From a virus, in IMG/VR virus record IMGVR_UViG_3300050821_006672, positions 45,476 to 109,475 of that record: a stretch of DNA of 64,000 nt. One strand, 5' to 3'. This document shows, in pieces, positions 59,397 to 64,000 of this stretch (positions are counted from its first letter, which is position 1; each line of letters starts with the position of its first letter). The position numbers and the translations under genes were made by a program. The notes beneath the pieces are model-generated. The model did not search any database, had not been told where the DNA came from, and was given only the letters and a program-made list of their open reading frames with translations.

Positions 59397-59957
59397 ATGG
59401 TACACAAAGTGCTAAGGCGTTCGATCCTTCCTCCGCTTGGCCGAGGTGGGGACGCATTCGCGCGGGCCGTGCAGATGTATGCGTCAGAAATGCAGTCTTA
59501 TCGTACCCACCTAGCGAATGTGGCCGCTGACCCTGTCAATTTCCAGGCTTACCCCGCGCCTACCGCATCTCCGGATATTGCGGCATCGATCAATCCGACC
59601 ACGCTTCAGCCGGACTATGAGATCGTTGATTATCTGCCCGTCGAAAAGGGCGATATCCGCGCCTTAGAGCTACGTAAAGACGAACTACATCACCAAGTTC
59701 AGCAGATGGAAGCCGTTGCTCAACATAATCTCCTGCCGGCGCGAAAGTGGCGATTGGCGGGATTGGAGTACGAACGGGCTGTCAATGTTCCCGTATCAGT
59801 TCGCACATTAGAGGATAACCAAGTCATTAAATTCCACACTGAAAGGGCAGATAATCTTCGAGAGCTTCAATTGCATCACGCCAGGCTTGAGGCTCAAATC
59901 GAGGACTTGAATTTTGACACGATCAACTCCTGGACGCCACGGCCTTTCGGAGGGTGA
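59397..59957 (+). CDS. Hypothetical protein, possible fibre-assembly chaperone
   Basis: Follows the tail fibre; helical C-terminus ending in W.P.PF. Confidence 0.5.
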   Translation: MVHKVLRRSILPPLGRGGDAFARAVQMYASEMQSYRTHLANVAADPVNFQAYPAPTASPDIAASINPTTLQPDYEIVDYLPVEKGDIRALELRKDELHHQVQQMEAVAQHNLLPARKWRLAGLEYERAVNVPVSVRTLEDNQVIKFHTERADNLRELQLHHARLEAQIEDLNFDTINSWTPRPFGG

Positions 59958-60139
59958 AAAATGCGCGAGCGTGAAGAACGCATAGCAGAGTTCAGACGTA
60001 AGCAGCCAATTGAAGAACTACGTCGCAAAGCTAACCTAGCTACCGATAGGTTCAATTTGTGGTCGCAGGAAGAACTAGATTTAGCGGATGCTGAGGCGCG
60101 TGAATTAGCCGCCTTCTTTACAAGCGCGGAGAATAAAAA

Positions 60140-61189
60140 ATGACTAGGCTTATATTGCTGCTCTGTCTCTTAGCCTCTCCTGCGTGGGCGCAGTCCTTCC
60201 CAACGAATCCTCCTATGCGACAAGGGTTGGTACCTACAATTGGGCAATGGAACAATTATTTTTCCCAAAAGCAGGATGTACTCGGCTTTACTCCCGTCAA
60301 CAAAGCCGGCGATTTGATGCTAGGCAAGCTAACGGCGTTTGCCTCGACAGCTGCCTCCGCTTCCTTTAACATCGCGCAAGGCGTAGCTCCCACAACTCCA
60401 CAGAACGGGGATATGTGGATAACATCGGCCGGCCTCTTTCTGTACTCGGGGGGCGCTACCACAGGACCAATTGCAGCAGGTCAGGGAAATCCTGGAGGCA
60501 GCACGGGGCAGTTGCAGGTCAATGGCGGCAGCAATACTTTTAGCGGAATTACGGCTGGGGGAGATGTTTCCTTTGCTAACCCCAATTTTACAGTAAACAG
60601 AGTTAATGGTGTTCTGCCTGGGGCTTTATACTCATTAAATGTTGGTACGGGCCTTGCATCGGCTGGAGGAAATTTGAACCTTACTGTTCCTGTGTCCGCA
60701 ACAAACGGTGGAACAGGAATAAACAACGGGGCAAACACGATCACATTAGGAGGCAATTTTACGACCTCGGGCGCTTTCAATTTTACAGCGACCTTGACGG
60801 GCGCTACGAACAGCACCTTCCCCGCTGGTACTCACAACCTCGCCGCGCTCGATCTTGCGGATCAGACGGTAAGTGGTGGCGCTAACGTTACGTCCTCCAG
60901 CCTCGGAACGCCGACGAACGGTTCTACCTTGACTATTGACTGCGGAACGGCCCCGCTGCAATTCCTTACCAACAACGTTGTAGGATTTACGATCGCCGCT
61001 CCGAGCAATGATGGCTCTTGTCTTATGAAGGTTACTAATGGTGCTTCGGCCGGTACGATTACTTTTTCAGGCTTCACTGTTGGGAATAACACGGGCGATC
61101 TGTTGACAACGACCAACGGCAATATTTTCTCTGTCTCAATCTGGCGCATCAACGGAACATCAGGATATAGGATATCGGCGCACCAATAG
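60140..61189 (+). CDS. Fibre-like protein with signal-peptide-like N-terminus
   Basis: MTRLILLLCLLASPAWA; LGFTPVNKAGD, PGGSTGQLQVN and NGGTG fibre motifs. Confidence 0.7.
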   Translation: MTRLILLLCLLASPAWAQSFPTNPPMRQGLVPTIGQWNNYFSQKQDVLGFTPVNKAGDLMLGKLTAFASTAASASFNIAQGVAPTTPQNGDMWITSAGLFLYSGGATTGPIAAGQGNPGGSTGQLQVNGGSNTFSGITAGGDVSFANPNFTVNRVNGVLPGALYSLNVGTGLASAGGNLNLTVPVSATNGGTGINNGANTITLGGNFTTSGAFNFTATLTGATNSTFPAGTHNLAALDLADQTVSGGANVTSSSLGTPTNGSTLTIDCGTAPLQFLTNNVVGFTIAAPSNDGSCLMKVTNGASAGTITFSGFTVGNNTGDLLTTTNGNIFSVSIWRINGTSGYRISAHQ

Positions 61190-61202
61190 GGAGGAAATTG
61201 CC

Positions 61203-61469
61203 TTGAATCATCCGTGGCAGAGAGTCGTTTGCATTGACTACACAAATTGGCGGAGCCAACGATCGGTTCGGCACATTCATCCACTAAGGCTAGTGTTTGA
61301 GAGCAACAAGTGGCATCCTGATACGCAGTGGCTCCTTGAAGCGACCGACGTTACAAGCGGCGAGATACGTACATTCGCATTGGCTACCATCCATCGATGG
61401 TCCGTCGATCCAATTATGTCTAAGGGGCCAGCCGGCGATCCGGGGCAAGTCGGATGGCTTGGGGGATGA
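61203..61469 (+). CDS. Stand-alone WYL-domain protein
   Basis: IDYTNWR...RHIHP...QWLLEA.D...IRTFAL; GGAGG RBS. Confidence 0.78.
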   Translation: MNHPWQRVVCIDYTNWRSQRSVRHIHPLRLVFESNKWHPDTQWLLEATDVTSGEIRTFALATIHRWSVDPIMSKGPAGDPGQVGWLGG

Positions 61470-61478
61470 GGCCGGCTT

Positions 61479-62168
61479 ATGAACCTTCGCCTTTTCCTTG
61501 CTATTTTTGTCTTGTGGGGCTGTGCTTGCCTTGCACAAATCGGCCCTGTCCCGACTATCGCCCCCGTCTTTCCGCAAGAGCCCTTATCTGTCGGTACGTT
61601 CTTACAAGGTGGCGGAGGTTCCAACGCTACATCTTTCGCAGGCGTAAATTTTGGAACAGCTGACGCTACTAGATATATTATTGTAGTTGGTTATGTCATC
61701 AGTGCGCAATCTTTCGGCAGCATTACAATAGCAGGAACGACTGCGACAACCATAACAACTGCCACTGATGGCGTGTCTCAACTGCGAATTGGCGTTGCTG
61801 CTGTGCCGACCGGTGCAAGTGGAACTATCGTGCTGAACTATTCAACTCCTGGGACGGCCTTTTACAGCGCATATAGCCTGGTAAAATCGGCCAGGGGTAC
61901 GTCAGGAACTGGGACCAGCGGGAGCGCTGTTCCCTTTAGCGCGACGCCTACAGTTCCGACCGGCGGATTTGTAATCGGCGCTAGCGGAGATGCAGTTAAC
62001 GTTGCTCGCACTTGGACTAATATAACGCAGGATACTAATCAAGTTGTTAGTACCAGTTCTCTTACTACAGCAAGTAGACAATTTCGAGGGTCTACCAACA
62101 GCACGGCATTTTCTGTGAATTGGTCCTCCAATACTCCGATAGCGGGATTTGCGGAGTTTTTCCCATGA
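61479..62168 (+). CDS. Gly/Thr/Ser-rich protein with signal-peptide-like N-terminus
   Basis: Hydrophobic N-terminus; FAGVNFGTADATRYIIV and VPTGASGTI. Confidence 0.6.
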   Translation: MNLRLFLAIFVLWGCACLAQIGPVPTIAPVFPQEPLSVGTFLQGGGGSNATSFAGVNFGTADATRYIIVVGYVISAQSFGSITIAGTTATTITTATDGVSQLRIGVAAVPTGASGTIVLNYSTPGTAFYSAYSLVKSARGTSGTGTSGSAVPFSATPTVPTGGFVIGASGDAVNVARTWTNITQDTNQVVSTSSLTTASRQFRGSTNSTAFSVNWSSNTPIAGFAEFFP

Positions 62169-62413
62169 TAAAGTTTTGGGCCACTCTTGGCTTTGGCTGG
62201 CTGTTATTTTGGATACTAATTATTGGATGTGCACTATTAGCAGACGCTCAATCCCCCGACAAAAAAGACTACGCGCTTGCAGCCTTAGAGGCGCAGCGCA
62301 ATGAGGCGTGGAACCGCGAGGCGCGGTGCCAGAGCGAAGCGCTGTTCATGATTGACGACCTCAAGAAGCAGATCGCAGACCTGAAGAAGCAACTGGAGGA
62401 CAAGCCCCAATGA
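62165..62413 (+). CDS. TM plus coiled-coil protein upstream of the lysin
   Basis: MIKFW start with ATGA overlap; one TM helix. Confidence 0.5.
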   Translation: MIKFWATLGFGWLLFWILIIGCALLADAQSPDKKDYALAALEAQRNEAWNREARCQSEALFMIDDLKKQIADLKKQLEDKPQ

Positions 62414-63078
62414 TTAACCCAGTCGTTGTTGATCTCAACCATGCTAACACAATCAACTTTACCAAAGTCAAGGCTGCTGGAATCCTCGGTATCATCCACA
62501 AAGCTACGCAAGGTGTAGGATATCGCGATCATGCCTATCAGTCGCGCCGTTCGGCTGCTGAGGCGATGGGGTTCCTGTGGGGAGCCTACGATTTCGCTAC
62601 CGGAGATGAGGTAGAAGCAAACGTAGCGGCATTTTTCGAGGCGGCGCAACCCGGACCAACGACGCTGATGTGCCTCGATTTCGAGGATAATTCACACAGC
62701 GAAATGTCAGGAGAGCAAGCGCGCGAATTTCTTGACCGAGTGGACCAGAAACTCGGCCGTGCGTGCTGGATTTACGGAGGGAACCGCATTTTTGAGCACA
62801 TCCCGGAAGACGACGATTTCTTCGCACAGCACCCACTGTGGCTCTGTCAGTACAAGCTCATCCAAGTCGATAGCCTTGAAGAGCTAAACAAACACATCAA
62901 AGTCCCGCCGCCGTGGAAGGATTACACACTTTTGCAGTACACGGGCGACGGCGTAGGCCCGAAACCCCACACTGTCGGTGGCTTGGAGGACGGCGCCGAC
63001 CTCAACGCTTTCAAGGGCGATCTACTTGTTGATGTGGGAATATGGACCTCAGGTTTAGCTCCTGGCGTTGGAGTTTAA
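62410..63078 (+). CDS. Endolysin, GH25 muramidase
   Basis: VVDLNH, IHKATQG, GAYDF, LDFE, QYT and DLN motifs. Confidence 0.88.
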   Translation: MINPVVVDLNHANTINFTKVKAAGILGIIHKATQGVGYRDHAYQSRRSAAEAMGFLWGAYDFATGDEVEANVAAFFEAAQPGPTTLMCLDFEDNSHSEMSGEQAREFLDRVDQKLGRACWIYGGNRIFEHIPEDDDFFAQHPLWLCQYKLIQVDSLEELNKHIKVPPPWKDYTLLQYTGDGVGPKPHTVGGLEDGADLNAFKGDLLVDVGIWTSGLAPGVGV

Positions 63079-63082
63079 GTAT

Positions 63083-63550
63083 ATGAGTAAAGTCTACTGC
63101 GCATTGTTTATGGGGCAGGGAGGTATCTTTACCTCTTGGGGCATGAGTTGGATGGCGTCCGATTTGCGTAAGCTTGGTGCTGAAGCTGATGTTTATTCCT
63201 ACAACGATTGGCAGCGTGCAGAGACGGTACTTGATGCAAAGCGCAACGAGGGGTATCGGCTGGCACTCATCGGCTATTCGTTAGGAGACAGTGCCGCTAC
63301 CTATCTACAGACGCTATCCCCCTTTGACTTGGTAGTCTGTATCGCCGAGTCTGAGCTGGCGCAGAACTATCGTATTGACAAACGCCACACCAAAAGATCG
63401 GTATTGCTTTACGGTTGGGGTACGCTGTCGGGCGGGGGCCTTGACTCGGGATTTGATCAGGCGATTGGGGTGTACCTACCTCATCTACTGATGGATTTGT
63501 CTCCGACCGTATTCAGTACGGTTAAGCAAGAGGTTAATAAGCTTTTGTGA
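63083..63550 (+). CDS. Small alpha/beta-hydrolase-like protein
   Basis: IGYSLG elbow; C-terminal His. Confidence 0.6.
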   Translation: MSKVYCALFMGQGGIFTSWGMSWMASDLRKLGAEADVYSYNDWQRAETVLDAKRNEGYRLALIGYSLGDSAATYLQTLSPFDLVVCIAESELAQNYRIDKRHTKRSVLLYGWGTLSGGGLDSGFDQAIGVYLPHLLMDLSPTVFSTVKQEVNKLL

Positions 63551-63603
63551 GCGCGTATGATAAGGTATCCTGGCTTATCACGTGTCTCTTTAGGAGATTG
63601 CCT

Positions 63604-64000
63604 ATGTGGACTGAGCAGGATTTCCAAGTTCTAAATGGCAAGTTGGACGCCATCTTATCCAATGTCCAGCGTATTCAGCAAAAGGAAAGCTTCATCATGG
63701 CACTAGCAGACGACCTCAACAATGCAGTAACGGCCCTCGCCACTGCATCCGCAGCCGAGGATGCGGCAGTTCAGGCGGAACTCGCTGCGCTTGCTACGGC
63801 TATTTCGGCAGCGGACCCGGCTACCAAGGCGGCGGTAAATCAGGCTATCGCGAATATCGGAACCATCACGAGCAAGATCGCCGCGGATACGGCAGCTCTT
63901 ACGGCCTCGATCCCCGCAGCAACTACTGTGCCTCCGCCGCCTCCGCCTCCGCCCCCGCCGGTTCCCTCGACAGTGACGCCTCCGGTTGTGGCAACGCCTC
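63604..64000 (+). CDS. 3'-truncated Ala-rich coiled-coil protein with poly-proline tract
   Basis: GGAG RBS; MWTEQDF...; ten Pro codons at 63931-63960; runs off the window. Confidence 0.6.
   Translation, partial: MWTEQDFQVLNGKLDAILSNVQRIQQKESFIMALADDLNNAVTALATASAAEDAAVQAELAALATAISAADPATKAAVNQAIANIGTITSKIAADTAALTASIPAATTVPPPPPPPPPPVPSTVTPPVVATP

Overview
The window is the virion-morphogenesis (late) region of a tailed phage or prophage with a contractile tail and a Bcep781/Aaphi23-like gene set. In order it carries a DUF1073 portal, MuF head protein, NUDIX-fused DUF2213 prohead protease/scaffold, decoration protein, DUF2184 major capsid, DUF4054 adaptor, neck genes, DUF3383 sheath, tube, frameshifted tail chaperone, short tape measure with an M15 peptidase, baseplate genes, fibres and a GH25 endolysin. 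Almost all genes are on the + strand. No terminase, integrase or replication genes are visible. Family names come from motif recognition and synteny, not database searches. Accessory genes are interleaved throughout the module. The main finding is a cassette at 21.1-22.3 kb: a solo Cas7/RAMP-like gene with no other cas genes, flanked by four non-coding tracts of in-phase pentamers (conserved G-N-Y triplet plus a variable dinucleotide) and preceded by a structured leader that can hide its RBS. It is a candidate RNA-guided system unlike a CRISPR array. Other findings: (1) a ~17 kb branched-deoxysugar synthesis and glycosyltransferase cluster between head and neck genes, possibly for virion glycosylation; (2) one Gly/Thr/Ser-rich module inserted 8 times into 5 structural proteins; (3) several candidate structured RNAs; (4) a repeated promoter-like motif placed just after stop codons; (5) a -1 frameshift site and a (GA)n frame switch.
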